The notes below the pieces were generated by a model, which was not told the DNA's origin, did no database searches, and worked only from the letters and a program-made list of their open reading frames with translations. This document shows positions 28,267 through 38,751 of a stretch of DNA of 64,000 nucleotides, in pieces. Position numbers and translations under genes: made by a program. Origin of the DNA: an uncultured Bacteroidota bacterium (GTDB lineage: Bacteria; Bacteroidota; Bacteroidia; Flavobacteriales; Flavobacteriaceae); assembly GCA_903913315.1 (NCBI GenBank), contig CAIWKX010000121.1:11001-75000 (forward strand), read 5' to 3'. The stretch's first letter is position 1, and every line of letters begins with the position of its first letter.

Positions 28267-28851
28267 ATGAACTTCCTTGCGCACATCTATCTCTCCGGTG
28301 ATAACGATTTACTAAAAATAGGTAACTTCATGGCCGATAGTGTTCGTGGGCATCATTATTTGGATTATCCCGATGACTTGCGAAAAGGGATTTTATTGCA
28401 CCGCTATATAGACACATTTACCGATGCGCATCCTATTTATAGAAAAAGTAAACACCGATTGCATGCAAAATACGGACACTATTCGGGAGTGATTATGGAT
28501 ATTGTGTACGACCATTACCTGGCAAAAAATTGGGCAACCTATTCGAAGGTTCTTTTAGAGGACTATGCTGCTACCTTCTATCAGCTATTACAACACAATC
28601 ATGCTATTCTTACCGAAAAAACACAAAAGATGATTCCCTATATGATAGGTAGAAACTGGTTGGTGAGTTATGCTAGCTTAGAAGGACTCGAAATGATCTT
28701 ATTTCAAATGGATTATAAAACCAAACATAGAGTCAATATGCAAGAAGCGATAGTAGAGGTCAAACAATTTTATAAGGAATTTGAAGAGGAATTTACTTTG
28801 TACTTTGAAGAACTACAAAAACATTGTGAAGAAAAATTAATGGAATTATGA
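28267..28851 (+). CDS. acpH: Acyl carrier protein phosphodiesterase
   Basis: N-terminal MNFLAHIYLSGDNDLLKIGNFMADSVRG is typical of AcpH. Confidence 0.8.
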   Translation: MNFLAHIYLSGDNDLLKIGNFMADSVRGHHYLDYPDDLRKGILLHRYIDTFTDAHPIYRKSKHRLHAKYGHYSGVIMDIVYDHYLAKNWATYSKVLLEDYAATFYQLLQHNHAILTEKTQKMIPYMIGRNWLVSYASLEGLEMILFQMDYKTKHRVNMQEAIVEVKQFYKEFEEEFTLYFEELQKHCEEKLMEL

Positions 28852-30518
28852 AAAAACTAGGGTTCCTAATTGTATTCATTTCCACTGTAACTTACAGCCA
28901 AACAAAAGGAGTCATATCCAATAACGCAATGGTCGTATCGGCACGAGAAGAAGCCTCACAAATAGGAAGTGATATCTTAAAAAAAGGAGGTAATGCCTTT
29001 GATGCCATGATCGCAACTGAATTGGCCTTAGCCGTTTCCTATCCTTATGCTGGAAATATAGCTGGCGGCGGGTTTATGGTCTATCGATTGCATGATGGAA
29101 CAACAGGATCCTTAGATTATAGAGAAAAAGCCCCCCTAAAAGCTACAAAAGACATGTTCTTATACCCCAATGGAAAGGTAATTCCCAATTTATCCGTCAA
29201 TGGTGCTTTGGCTGTGGGTGTTCCAGGTACCATTGCTGGAATCTATGCCGTACACGAAAAATTCGGCACACTATCCATGGAGGAAATTATGAAACCCATC
29301 ATTGCTTTGGCAAATAAAGGCGTTGTAGTTACTGAAAAACAATTGCGTCAAATTACTAAAAATCAAGAAGACATAATTAAAGTGAGTGGCGCCCAGACCC
29401 TATATGCTAAAAATTACAAAGTCGGAGACACCATAAAATATCCTGCTTTAGCCCAAACACTGACCCACATCATGAAAAAAGGCAAAACAGAATTTTACCA
29501 AGGGGAAACCGCCAAAAAAATAGTAGCGTTCCTTAACTCGAAAGGCGGTATTTTTACTATAGAAGATTTATCAAACTATGAAGCCAAATGGCGAACTCCC
29601 ATTTCATTCAAATACAAAGATTTAAAGATCATTTCAATGGCACCACCTTCAAGCGGTGGCATTACGTTAGCCCAAATAATGACAATGATTGCTCCCTATC
29701 CTATTTCAAAATACAAACCCAATTCCGAGAAATACATGCAACTTTTGGTAGAAGCAGAACGCAGAGCCTATGCCGATAGAAACTATTTTCTTGGTGATCC
29801 TGATTTTGTGAAAATTCCCCAAAAAAAATTGCTGGATACAGATTACCTAAATAATAGAATGAAAAGTTTCAATTGGGAGAAAGCGACTAAATCATCGGAA
29901 GTAAGCCCCAGTGAAATTGCAATTTTCGAAAGCAATGAAACTACCCACTATTCTATTGTAGATGCCGAAGGCAATGCCGTTTCTGTGACTACAACTTTAA
30001 ATGGAGCCTATGGCTCTAAATTATACGACGATGAATTGGGGTTCTTTTTTAACAATCAAATGGACGATTTTAGCGTAAAAACAGGCGTACCCAATTCCTA
30101 TGGTCTGGTCGGAGCTGAAGCCAATAGTATTGCGCCTCAAAAAAGAATGTTGAGCTCAATGACACCTGCTATTGTAGAAAAAAATGGCGTGCTATATATG
30201 GTGTTAGGTTCGCCTGGAGGTTCCACCATTATTACTTCAGTATTGCAAACTATTCTGAATGTTTATGAATTCAATATGGGCATGCAGGAAGCTGTTAATG
30301 CACCGCGTTTCCATCACCAATGGTTGCCCGATGAAGTGTTGATTGAACCAAAACGTTTTTCACAAACCATCCTAGATAATCTCAAAAATAAAGGCTATAT
30401 CATAAATGAAAAAACAGCGCCCGTTATTGGAAAAGTGGATGCCATTTTCGTGTTACCCAATAAAAAACTGGAAGCAGGAGCCGATTATCGAGGTGATGAT
30501 AAAGCCGTCGGATTTTAA
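28848..30518 (+). CDS. ggt: Gamma-glutamyltransferase
   Basis: Signal peptide, autoprocessing/catalytic Thr context NETTHYSIVD, and a GSPGGSTII segment. 4-bp overlap with acpH. Confidence 0.9.
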   Translation: MKKLGFLIVFISTVTYSQTKGVISNNAMVVSAREEASQIGSDILKKGGNAFDAMIATELALAVSYPYAGNIAGGGFMVYRLHDGTTGSLDYREKAPLKATKDMFLYPNGKVIPNLSVNGALAVGVPGTIAGIYAVHEKFGTLSMEEIMKPIIALANKGVVVTEKQLRQITKNQEDIIKVSGAQTLYAKNYKVGDTIKYPALAQTLTHIMKKGKTEFYQGETAKKIVAFLNSKGGIFTIEDLSNYEAKWRTPISFKYKDLKIISMAPPSSGGITLAQIMTMIAPYPISKYKPNSEKYMQLLVEAERRAYADRNYFLGDPDFVKIPQKKLLDTDYLNNRMKSFNWEKATKSSEVSPSEIAIFESNETTHYSIVDAEGNAVSVTTTLNGAYGSKLYDDELGFFFNNQMDDFSVKTGVPNSYGLVGAEANSIAPQKRMLSSMTPAIVEKNGVLYMVLGSPGGSTIITSVLQTILNVYEFNMGMQEAVNAPRFHHQWLPDEVLIEPKRFSQTILDNLKNKGYIINEKTAPVIGKVDAIFVLPNKKLEAGADYRGDDKAVGF

Positions 30519-30528
30519 TACTATACTT

Positions 30529-31197
30529 ATGAATTTCATAACCAACTTAGAACACGATTTCCATCAAAATACCAACAGTACATTAGCCCTTCCTATGGAG
30601 AAGTACATGAAAAACAACTTCTCTTTCCTCGGCATTAAAACGGACAAACGAAGAGCCATTTTTAAATTTAATTGCGAAAAATACAAAGTGGAAATCAAGC
30701 AGAATTACCGCACCATTGCCTGGGAACTATACCAGAAAAACGAACGCGAATTCCATTATTGTGGAATTGAAATTCTGATGAAAGAAATCAACAAGAACTA
30801 CGTTCTAGAAGACATACAACTCATAGAAAAACTCTTGATTACCCACTCGTGGTGGGATTCTGTAGATACAATCGCCAAATATCTGGTGGGTGGGTATTTA
30901 CAGCAATTCCCTCATGAAACTTTTAAAGTCATTGAAAGTTTTTCCAACGCTGACAACAGGTGGCTCAATCGAACCGCTATTATTTTTCAGTTGAGTTACA
31001 AAGAAAAAACCAATTTCGAATTGCTGAAATTTGAATGTGAAAAACACAAAGAATCAAAAGAATTCTTTATTCAAAAAGCGATCGGTTGGGCACTACGAGA
31101 GTATAGCAAATTCAACCAAAGTGACGTATTAGAATACGTAAAGTTAACCCAACTAAAACCATTAAGCCAACGAGAAGCAATAAGAAATATAAAATAA
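30529..31197 (+). CDS. DNA alkylation repair protein (AlkD-like HEAT-repeat)
   Basis: Start moved to ATG 30529 (MNFITNLEHDF...). The track ORF from 30406 overlaps the end of ggt. HSWWDSVD and GWALREYSK segments are typical. Confidence 0.8.
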   Translation: MNFITNLEHDFHQNTNSTLALPMEKYMKNNFSFLGIKTDKRRAIFKFNCEKYKVEIKQNYRTIAWELYQKNEREFHYCGIEILMKEINKNYVLEDIQLIEKLLITHSWWDSVDTIAKYLVGGYLQQFPHETFKVIESFSNADNRWLNRTAIIFQLSYKEKTNFELLKFECEKHKESKEFFIQKAIGWALREYSKFNQSDVLEYVKLTQLKPLSQREAIRNIK

Positions 31198-31230
31198 CCC
31201 TATATTTGTTTCCGTTTTAATTTATTAATA

Positions 31231-33051
31231 ATGTCAATTCGTACCTCTATTGCTGTTCAATTGTTTTTCAGAAGAATTGCTCGTCGATTTGAATCGGTAT
31301 TCTTTTTGGCTAAAACTATTTTATCCGAACGCAATTTTATTTATCTATCCAGTGTTGCTGTAGCCATCTCATGCGCTTTGGCGGTAATTATACTAAAGAG
31401 TTTTGCCCACAATGTGTTCAAATTTGCAAACTATGCTAATGGCTACCTACACCTCCCATATGCCAATAGTACCTTCCCAATCATTGGAATTCTATTAACA
31501 GTATTTGTTATTCGACGTTTTCTGGATGGCAATATTGAAAAAGGTAGTGCTAAAGTCTTATATTCCGTAGCTAAAAAAGGAGGTATCATGCCTAAAAAAC
31601 AAATGTATGCCCAGATAATTACGAGTTCACTTACGGTAGGCTTGGGTGGTTCGGCTGGATTGGAAAGCCCCATTGTAGTAACAGGAGCTGCATTTGGGTC
31701 TAATTATGCCATAAAATATAAATTATCACAAAAAGACAGAATATTATTGTTGGCTTGTGGCGTAGCGGCGGGAATTAGTGCTGCGTTCAATGCTCCAATT
31801 GCAGGTGTTTTATTTGCCATTGAAGTGGTATTGACCGATGTCAGTATCTCAGCTTTTATTCCGATTATGATTTCTGCGGCTACTGGTGCTTTAGTTTCTG
31901 AAATGTTGTTGAACCAAGAGGTTTTGTTGAGTTTCAAACAAAATCTTACTTTTAATTTCCACAATACGCCCTACTATATTCTGTTAGGTATTTTAGCGGG
32001 ATTGGTTTCAGTTTATCACGCCCGTAATTTTAGAAAGGTAGAGCATTTTTTCAACCGATTTAAAAACAACTCCTACAATAAAGCTTTATTTGGTGCTAGC
32101 ATTTTAGCTGTAATGATTTTCTTTTTCCCTACCTTGTTTGGAGAAGGGTATGAGAGTATCAAAACCCTATCAACTAATAATCCTGAAGTGTTATTGGACA
32201 ATACCTTAATTGAAAATTATGAAGGTAAACAATGGGTTTTATTGGCTTTTGTGGGAATGGTTGTTCTGCTTAAATCATTTGCTACGGGTTTGACTTTAGG
32301 GTCTGGTGGTAACGGAGGTAACTTTGCTCCTTCCCTATTTGTCGGTTCCTATTTAGGCTTCTTTGTGGCCAAATCCATAACACTTTTAGGATTATCAAAT
32401 ACAATTCCGATTGCCAATTTCACTATTGTAGGAATGGCAGGCATATTGAGTGGATTGTTTCACGCGCCTTTAACAGCAATCTTCTTGATTGGTGAGATTA
32501 CCGGTGGTTATGACTTAATGGTCCCACTAATGATTGTGTCTTCTATTAGTTATGCGGTTTCTAAAAGGTTTGAAAACCATTCTATGGATGTCAAGGCACT
32601 TGCGGATAAAGGTGAAGTATTTACTAGTGATAAAGATAAAAATATTCTACATAGCATTGACTTTTTACCACTAGTAAATACCAACGTAAAGACCATTACG
32701 CTCGAGAAAACATTAGAACAATTGATAGACTATTTGGCTACCTCTAGTCATGTAATGATTCCCGTGTTGGATGAACGACAAAGATTGTTGGGTATTATTG
32801 ACTTTGAAGTCATACGCCCAATTGTTTTTAATCCATATCGTATCAAGTTTACGGAAGTCAAAGAGATTCTGACGGAACCTAAAGAAATCATCAACCATGA
32901 TGATGGTATGGAAACAATAATGGATAAGTTTGAAACTTCTAATCAAACTATCTTACCCGTTATTAAAAACGGAAAGTTCTTTGGCTTAATTGCAAAAGTC
33001 GACCTTCTGGAAGCCTATAGAGATAAATTGAAGGAGATGATTATTGAGTAA
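31231..33051 (+). CDS. ClC-family chloride channel/antiporter with two C-terminal CBS domains
   Basis: GLGGSAGLESP and GVLFAIEVV selectivity-region motifs, a polytopic core and a C-terminal CBS pair. Confidence 0.85.
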   Translation: MSIRTSIAVQLFFRRIARRFESVFFLAKTILSERNFIYLSSVAVAISCALAVIILKSFAHNVFKFANYANGYLHLPYANSTFPIIGILLTVFVIRRFLDGNIEKGSAKVLYSVAKKGGIMPKKQMYAQIITSSLTVGLGGSAGLESPIVVTGAAFGSNYAIKYKLSQKDRILLLACGVAAGISAAFNAPIAGVLFAIEVVLTDVSISAFIPIMISAATGALVSEMLLNQEVLLSFKQNLTFNFHNTPYYILLGILAGLVSVYHARNFRKVEHFFNRFKNNSYNKALFGASILAVMIFFFPTLFGEGYESIKTLSTNNPEVLLDNTLIENYEGKQWVLLAFVGMVVLLKSFATGLTLGSGGNGGNFAPSLFVGSYLGFFVAKSITLLGLSNTIPIANFTIVGMAGILSGLFHAPLTAIFLIGEITGGYDLMVPLMIVSSISYAVSKRFENHSMDVKALADKGEVFTSDKDKNILHSIDFLPLVNTNVKTITLEKTLEQLIDYLATSSHVMIPVLDERQRLLGIIDFEVIRPIVFNPYRIKFTEVKEILTEPKEIINHDDGMETIMDKFETSNQTILPVIKNGKFFGLIAKVDLLEAYRDKLKEMIIE

Positions 33052-33259
33052 AGGCTGGAATTAAGCTCGTAATAAAACAAAAAAAAGTCTTAATAACTCA
33101 AAATATTATCTAAGATAACCAAAAAGAAAAATTTGTAATCTATTCAAAGTATCCTATCCAAGATATCGCAATCGATAATTAAATTTCAAAGCGCTTCCTT
33201 AACCATCTATTTTTTTAGCTTTGCTATTCAAGTCGTTTACACTTTTAATATTAATCCTT

Positions 33260-33829
33260 ATGAACAGAGAAGAATTAATAAAGCATGTCATGTACATGAC
33301 TGTTGAATGTGGTTCAAAAATGGAGCATCAAGTTTTTGAAGAAGAATGTGAGACCGATTTAGATCTCAATCAAAGAAAATACATTACTGCTACTTTTGAG
33401 GATTTAGTAAAAGCTTTTAATGAACAATTTTTAGATCTTAGTAAGTAGGAAGTAGTTTCTGAAGACAATGATTATGATGTGCAAATTATAGGTTTATTGT
33501 TTTATGCTTATGTCTATTGCATTGATAAAGCGATGGAAACAACATATAATCTTCGCAGGAAGATAAATGATCCCATTCATTTTAATGCAATTAGTTAGCT
33601 GAATAAACTTTTGGTTTGAATCTTACTGATACAGTTATTAAGCAAGTAGCAGACATATTAAACATTTTGCGTTGATCCTGAGGTTGTTTATTACACCCTA
33701 AAATAGGATGAGGAACTTATTTCTGCCGATACACTTCCTTATTTTTTTGAAGCTATGTTTTTGGGAGCAGTATTTTTCGGGATGGAATTTTGTTTGCGTC
33801 TAAAATTAGTGGATGAAAATTTAGAATAA
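33260..33829 (+). pseudogene. Decayed ORF of unknown function (three in-frame TAG stops plus two frameshifts)
   Basis: Coding-looking segments run from ATG 33260 to TAG 33446 and continue in frame to TAG 33596. The frame then shifts near 33610 and again near 33674. There is an in-frame TAG at 33704 and a final TAA at 33827. Confidence 0.35.
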
Positions 33830-33841
33830 ACCTTGATAAGG

Positions 33842-33880
33842 AAATAGAAAAAGTCTAATTACTCAAGACTTTTTCTATTT
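33842..33880. terminator. Bidirectional terminator hairpin (15-bp perfect arms)
   Basis: AAATAGAAAAAGTCT / AGACTTTTTCTATTT arms with a 9-nt loop. It lies between the decayed ORF and the convergent GH13 gene. Confidence 0.7.
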
Positions 33881-33893
33881 CCATTAGATTGTA

Positions 33894-35762
33894 TTACAAC
33901 TTATAAATAAAACTCTCGCTTCCTTTAATCGTTACTTTCAAGGTACCTACACCATGCGTAACGTGCAATGTGGCAGCACTTCCATAAAGTTGGTCTTTAA
34001 CAGCATAAACGCCATCGTGCAAATGCCAAGCCGTTACCACATCAGCAGGGAGTTTTAAATCAAAAGTACTGGTGTGGTCGGGTGAAAAATTAGTAACTAC
34101 AATCAGTTTTTCATTAATAGACCAACGCACATAAGAATAGATTTTTTCATCATAGTTGGCAGTATCATGACGATTGACTGTTTGTATCTCTTGGAATTTA
34201 CCCATCAAAGCATCACTAGTAATCGTAAAGTTCAATAAGCGTTTGTAAAAATCACGCAAGTCTTTTTCACTTGATGTTAATTGACCGCCATCAAACTTAC
34301 CTTCGTTCATCCAACGTTGGTGATTGGGAACGCCCACATAATCAAAGATAGAAGTTCTAGAATGAGTACCAAAACCACCATTCTCATTACCCGCCTCTCC
34401 AACTTCTTGTCCAAAATAAATCATAGTAGGCGAAGTACCAATCGTGGCCGAAACCACCATTAATGGTTTTCCTTTTTCACCACTACCGGCAAACTCTGGA
34501 CTCGCCAAACGCTGTTCGTCGTGATTGTCTAAAAAGTGTAGCATATGGTGCTCAATATCCGCCGTACGGCGTTGAATATCCGAAAGGCCATCAGGTGTAG
34601 TCTTGTTTTGAATCACCGCTTTTAAATGGTCGTAGGTTTCTACTTTATCATACAAATAATCCATCTTACCTAGATTGATGTAGTTTCTATATTCGTTAGG
34701 ATTATACACTTCAGCCAATAAAAAAGCATCCGGATTTTTCATTTTGATAGCAGAATTCATATAGCTCCAAAATTCATAGGGCACCATTTCTGCCATATCA
34801 TAGCGAAAACCATCCACCCCTTTAGCGGTCCAATACAAAGCAATGTCTCTAAATTTAGTCCATGAACTGGGAACAGACTTGTCTTTCCAAAACTCATAAT
34901 GTTCCTTATATGATTTCTTGTCAAATCCCTCTGGTAATTCAGGAAAATCTTTGGAACCATCAGGACGGATTCCATAGTTTACTTTAACCGTTTCATACCA
35001 ATCATTGATGTCCGGTTTTGCCATACGTGAACCATTACCCGTCCATTTAGCTGGGTTTTCATCAAAAGCGCCATCAATCATTGGATTTTTTTCACCATTC
35101 AAGGGTTTATAAGTATCCGAAGTTGGCACTTGGAAATGTTGCCCAGGTATATAGTAGAAGTTATTGTTTCTACCGTATTCTATTTGGGTATTATCATCAG
35201 CGCCAAAGTCGCGAACACCTGGAGGATTCGATAAACTCACATATTTACGAGCAATATGATTAGGAACAATATCAATGATAACTTTAAGTCCGTTTTTGTG
35301 CGTACGAGCAATCAAAGCTTCAAACTCTTCCAAGCGTTTGGCAGGATCAATAGCCAAATCCGGATTGACATTATAGTAATCTTTCACCGCATAAGGAGAA
35401 CCAGCACGCCCTTTTACGACTTCAGGATCATCATTGGAGATGCCGTATTTAGTATAATCTCTAACCAAAGCATGGTGAGGAACTCCCGTATACCAAATAT
35501 AATTCACCCCTAGTTTTTTGATTTCTTGAAGAGCTTTGTCAGTAAAATCGTTGAACTTCCCTACCCCATTCTCTTCAATGGTGCCCCACGACTTATTGGT
35601 GGTATTTTTATTTCCAAATAATCGAGTAAAAACTTGATAAACTACTTTCTTCTTTTCCACAACGGTCACTTTTTTTGTATTGGCATTAGACTTTGTTTTT
35701 TTGATTTGTGCATTAGCAGACAGCGAAAGCCCAATTAGGGCAAGCAATAGAACCTTTTTCAT
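33894..35762 (-). CDS. Secreted alpha-amylase-family glycoside hydrolase (GH13)
   Basis: Signal peptide. GH13 regions DIVPNH, GFRYDMAEM and LDNHD. Confidence 0.85.
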   Translation of the reverse strand: MKKVLLLALIGLSLSANAQIKKTKSNANTKKVTVVEKKKVVYQVFTRLFGNKNTTNKSWGTIEENGVGKFNDFTDKALQEIKKLGVNYIWYTGVPHHALVRDYTKYGISNDDPEVVKGRAGSPYAVKDYYNVNPDLAIDPAKRLEEFEALIARTHKNGLKVIIDIVPNHIARKYVSLSNPPGVRDFGADDNTQIEYGRNNNFYYIPGQHFQVPTSDTYKPLNGEKNPMIDGAFDENPAKWTGNGSRMAKPDINDWYETVKVNYGIRPDGSKDFPELPEGFDKKSYKEHYEFWKDKSVPSSWTKFRDIALYWTAKGVDGFRYDMAEMVPYEFWSYMNSAIKMKNPDAFLLAEVYNPNEYRNYINLGKMDYLYDKVETYDHLKAVIQNKTTPDGLSDIQRRTADIEHHMLHFLDNHDEQRLASPEFAGSGEKGKPLMVVSATIGTSPTMIYFGQEVGEAGNENGGFGTHSRTSIFDYVGVPNHQRWMNEGKFDGGQLTSSEKDLRDFYKRLLNFTITSDALMGKFQEIQTVNRHDTANYDEKIYSYVRWSINEKLIVVTNFSPDHTSTFDLKLPADVVTAWHLHDGVYAVKDQLYGSAATLHVTHGVGTLKVTIKGSESFIYKL

Positions 35763-35976
35763 GAGGATGTTGTTTTAAACATGATGCAACAAATATAAAT
35801 ATTTGAAACGCATTTCTATCATGGAATAAAAAAATCTTAATTACGATTTGAGTTGGGGGTATTTTCATAAATTTGCGATGAGAATTCAAGTACTAAAATA
35901 ACTAGCTTTATACCGAAGTAAAAACAAATTTTAGCTTTATAAATACAGCATCCGCTCTTGCATTTGAGCCCAAACT

Positions 35977-37173
35977 ATGAATAACGATTTTTTAAAATAC
36001 CAAGCTCAAACCTCTCCCTATCCTTTAGGAATGGAGGTGTCGCATGCTATAGGGTCGTACATATACGATACCAACAACAAATCCTACCTAGACTTTGTAG
36101 CAGGGGTTTCAGCCTGTTCACTGGGACACCAACACCCAAGAGTAAAACAAGCCATCAAAGACCAATTGGACAAATATTCCCACGTAATGGTATATGGCGA
36201 ATATTCACAAAGTCCTGCCGTACAGTACTGCAAATTATTGGTCGAACACTTACCACCCACGTTAAATAAAGTCTATTTAGTGAACTCTGGGACAGAAGCT
36301 TGTGAAGGCGCCCTAAAGTTAGTACGAAGAGTCACTGGAAGAAGCCAATTAATCTCATGTCACAATGCCTACCATGGCAATACGATGGGCTCGATGAGTG
36401 TGATGGGATTTGAAGAACGCAAGCAAATCTTTCGCCCCTTAATTCCAGATGTCGATTTTATCACCTTCAACAACGAAGAAGACATTCAAAAAATCACAAC
36501 CAAAACAGCAGGAATAATCGTGGAAAGCATTCAAGGTGGGGCCGGATTTATCCAACCCGAAAATGACTTCTTGGCCAAAGTCAAAAAACGTTGTGAAGAA
36601 GTAGGCGCCCTACTCATAGTAGACGAAATCCAACCAGGTTTTGGGCGAACAGGTAAGCTATTCGGATTTGAAAACTATAATGTCGTTCCTGATGTCGTAA
36701 TTATCGGAAAAGGAATGGCGGGTGGAATGCCCGTTGGCGGATTCATTGCCAATGAAAAATACATGGATTTATTAAGCCATGATCCAAAATTAGGGCATAT
36801 TACCACTTTTGGCGGACATCCTGTCATAGCGGCAGCATGCTTAGCCACACTACAAGAAGTACTGGAAAAAGACTACGCAGCGCAATCTTTAAGCAAAGAA
36901 AAACTATTCCGTGAGCTTTTGGTACATCCTTTGATACAAGAAGTAAGAGGAAAAGGATTAATGCTAGCAGCAATGACTGCAGATGCCGAAATAACAAATC
37001 AGATTATTTTGCGTTGTCAAGACAAAGGGTTAATTCTATTTTGGTTACTGTTTGAAGGGAAAGCCATCAGAATAACACCGCCCCTAACAATTTCAGAAGA
37101 GGAAATTAGAGAAGGATGCACGATTATGTTGGATGTAATGGAGGAAATACAATCTTCAATTCCTAATTCGTAA
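35977..37173 (+). CDS. Class-III (aspartate aminotransferase family) PLP-dependent aminotransferase
   Basis: DEIQPGFGRTG and IIGKGMAGG (PLP Lys) motifs. 398 aa. Confidence 0.85.
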   Translation: MNNDFLKYQAQTSPYPLGMEVSHAIGSYIYDTNNKSYLDFVAGVSACSLGHQHPRVKQAIKDQLDKYSHVMVYGEYSQSPAVQYCKLLVEHLPPTLNKVYLVNSGTEACEGALKLVRRVTGRSQLISCHNAYHGNTMGSMSVMGFEERKQIFRPLIPDVDFITFNNEEDIQKITTKTAGIIVESIQGGAGFIQPENDFLAKVKKRCEEVGALLIVDEIQPGFGRTGKLFGFENYNVVPDVVIIGKGMAGGMPVGGFIANEKYMDLLSHDPKLGHITTFGGHPVIAAACLATLQEVLEKDYAAQSLSKEKLFRELLVHPLIQEVRGKGLMLAAMTADAEITNQIILRCQDKGLILFWLLFEGKAIRITPPLTISEEEIREGCTIMLDVMEEIQSSIPNS

Positions 37174-37277
37174 TTAATTTTCTGTTAATTAAATTGTTCA
37201 AAACAAAAACCGAACTTCCTCGTTTATAGAATAAGAGTTAACTACTTTTATTATGGATTATTTTAAATAAAAAAGCT

Positions 37278-38672
37278 ATGCATTTGGATCACGACGAAGA
37301 AGACTACAATTTATCCTTATCAAAGTTTGAGTCGATGTTGAAAACCAATAAAGTTTTCTTTTTTGATTCAGAAGAATTTGAAGAAATTATTCTTCATTAT
37401 TTGGATATGGGAAAAGCTAATTTAGCAAAAAAGGCTTTGAAATTAGGTTTAGAACAACATCCTAAATCGACTGGCTTAAAGCTAGTTCAAATTGAAATGT
37501 TAGTCTATGAAGACAAGTTGGACATTGCTGAGAAAATGTTGAATGAATTGTATGCCATTGAACCTACTAATGAAGAAATATTTATCCAAAAAGCCAATAT
37601 TTATTCCAAAAGAGACAACCACGAAAAAGCGGTGGAGTTGTTACAAGAAGCCTTAAAATTTACAGAGGACTACGGTGATGTTTATAACTTAATTGGAATG
37701 GAATATCTTTTTATGGACAACTTAGAAAAAGCCAAAGAAAACTTTACTAAATGTTTGGAAGAAGAAATTGAAGACCAATCAGCGCTTTATAATGTAGTGT
37801 ATTGTTATGAGTTTTTAGACCAAAATAGAGAAGCCATAGAATTTCTTAAAAAATACATCAACAAAAACCCCTATAGTGAAATTGCTTGGCATCAAAAAGG
37901 AAGATTATACTACGGATTAAAAGACTATGAAAATGCAATTCGTTCCTTTGAATTAGCTACCTATATTGACGACGAATTCGTGGGCGCTTATATGGAAAAT
38001 GGTAAAGCGTTAGAACGTTTAAAACGCTATGATGAAGCGATAGAAAACTATAAAAGGACTTTAGAGCTAGACGACCCCACCTCCTATGCCTTATTGCGTA
38101 TTGGAAAATGTTTCGAAAAATTAGGCAACAAAGCCGAAGCGATAAAATATTTTGATAAAACCGTTCATGAAGATCCACTTTTAGACAAAGGTTGGATTGC
38201 CATAACTGATTTTTATCTACGCCAAAAAAACTACCAAAAAGCATTGTACTATGTAAACAAAGCGATAGCCATAGACGGTCAAAATCGGGACTATTGGAAA
38301 CGCTATGCCAGCATCAACAAAGCAATGAAGTTTTATGAAGAAGCAGAAATGGGGTATAGAAAAGCCGTAGAATTTGGAGACTGTGAATTGGATACTTGGC
38401 TATTCTGGGTAGACCTATTGCAATTTTTAGGAGAATTTGAAACAGCTATTCAAACCTTACTATTAGCGACTGAATATTTTCCAGAAGCCTACGAAATTGA
38501 ATACCGTTTAGCAGGTTTATATTTCATGGCAGCAGATGATAAAAAAGGAACGTTCCATTTAAGTAATGCCTTGAGATTAAATTTTAAAAAACATACTATT
38601 TTAGAAAAATCATTTCCTGCCGTTTGGGCGAGAAAAAAAGTGCAGAATTGGATTGAAAAACACAATAAATAA
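37278..38672 (+). CDS. Tetratricopeptide-repeat protein
   Basis: Multiple 34-aa TPR-like units (A..Y...L..DP pattern) throughout. Confidence 0.8.
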   Translation: MHLDHDEEDYNLSLSKFESMLKTNKVFFFDSEEFEEIILHYLDMGKANLAKKALKLGLEQHPKSTGLKLVQIEMLVYEDKLDIAEKMLNELYAIEPTNEEIFIQKANIYSKRDNHEKAVELLQEALKFTEDYGDVYNLIGMEYLFMDNLEKAKENFTKCLEEEIEDQSALYNVVYCYEFLDQNREAIEFLKKYINKNPYSEIAWHQKGRLYYGLKDYENAIRSFELATYIDDEFVGAYMENGKALERLKRYDEAIENYKRTLELDDPTSYALLRIGKCFEKLGNKAEAIKYFDKTVHEDPLLDKGWIAITDFYLRQKNYQKALYYVNKAIAIDGQNRDYWKRYASINKAMKFYEEAEMGYRKAVEFGDCELDTWLFWVDLLQFLGEFETAIQTLLLATEYFPEAYEIEYRLAGLYFMAADDKKGTFHLSNALRLNFKKHTILEKSFPAVWARKKVQNWIEKHNK

Positions 38673-38703
38673 TCAAAGAATAGCATTTATTATAGAATAA
38701 AGT

Positions 38704-38751
38704 AAACCATTAAGTCATTAAGGATTTTCTTAATCGCCTAATGGTTTTTTT
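38704..38751 (+). terminator. Terminator-like hairpin after the TPR gene
   Basis: AAACCATTA / TAATGGTTT outer arms with inner ATTAAG/CTTAAT pairing, followed by a T-run. The hairpin contains the ATG 38741 used by the ORF track for aroE. Confidence 0.5.

Noticed and set aside
30406-30528. N-terminal extension of the DNA alkylation repair gene overlapping ggt by 113 bp
   Set aside because: The extension lies in an alternative frame of the ggt 3' end. ATG 30529 lies 11 bp after the ggt stop and gives a normal-length protein.
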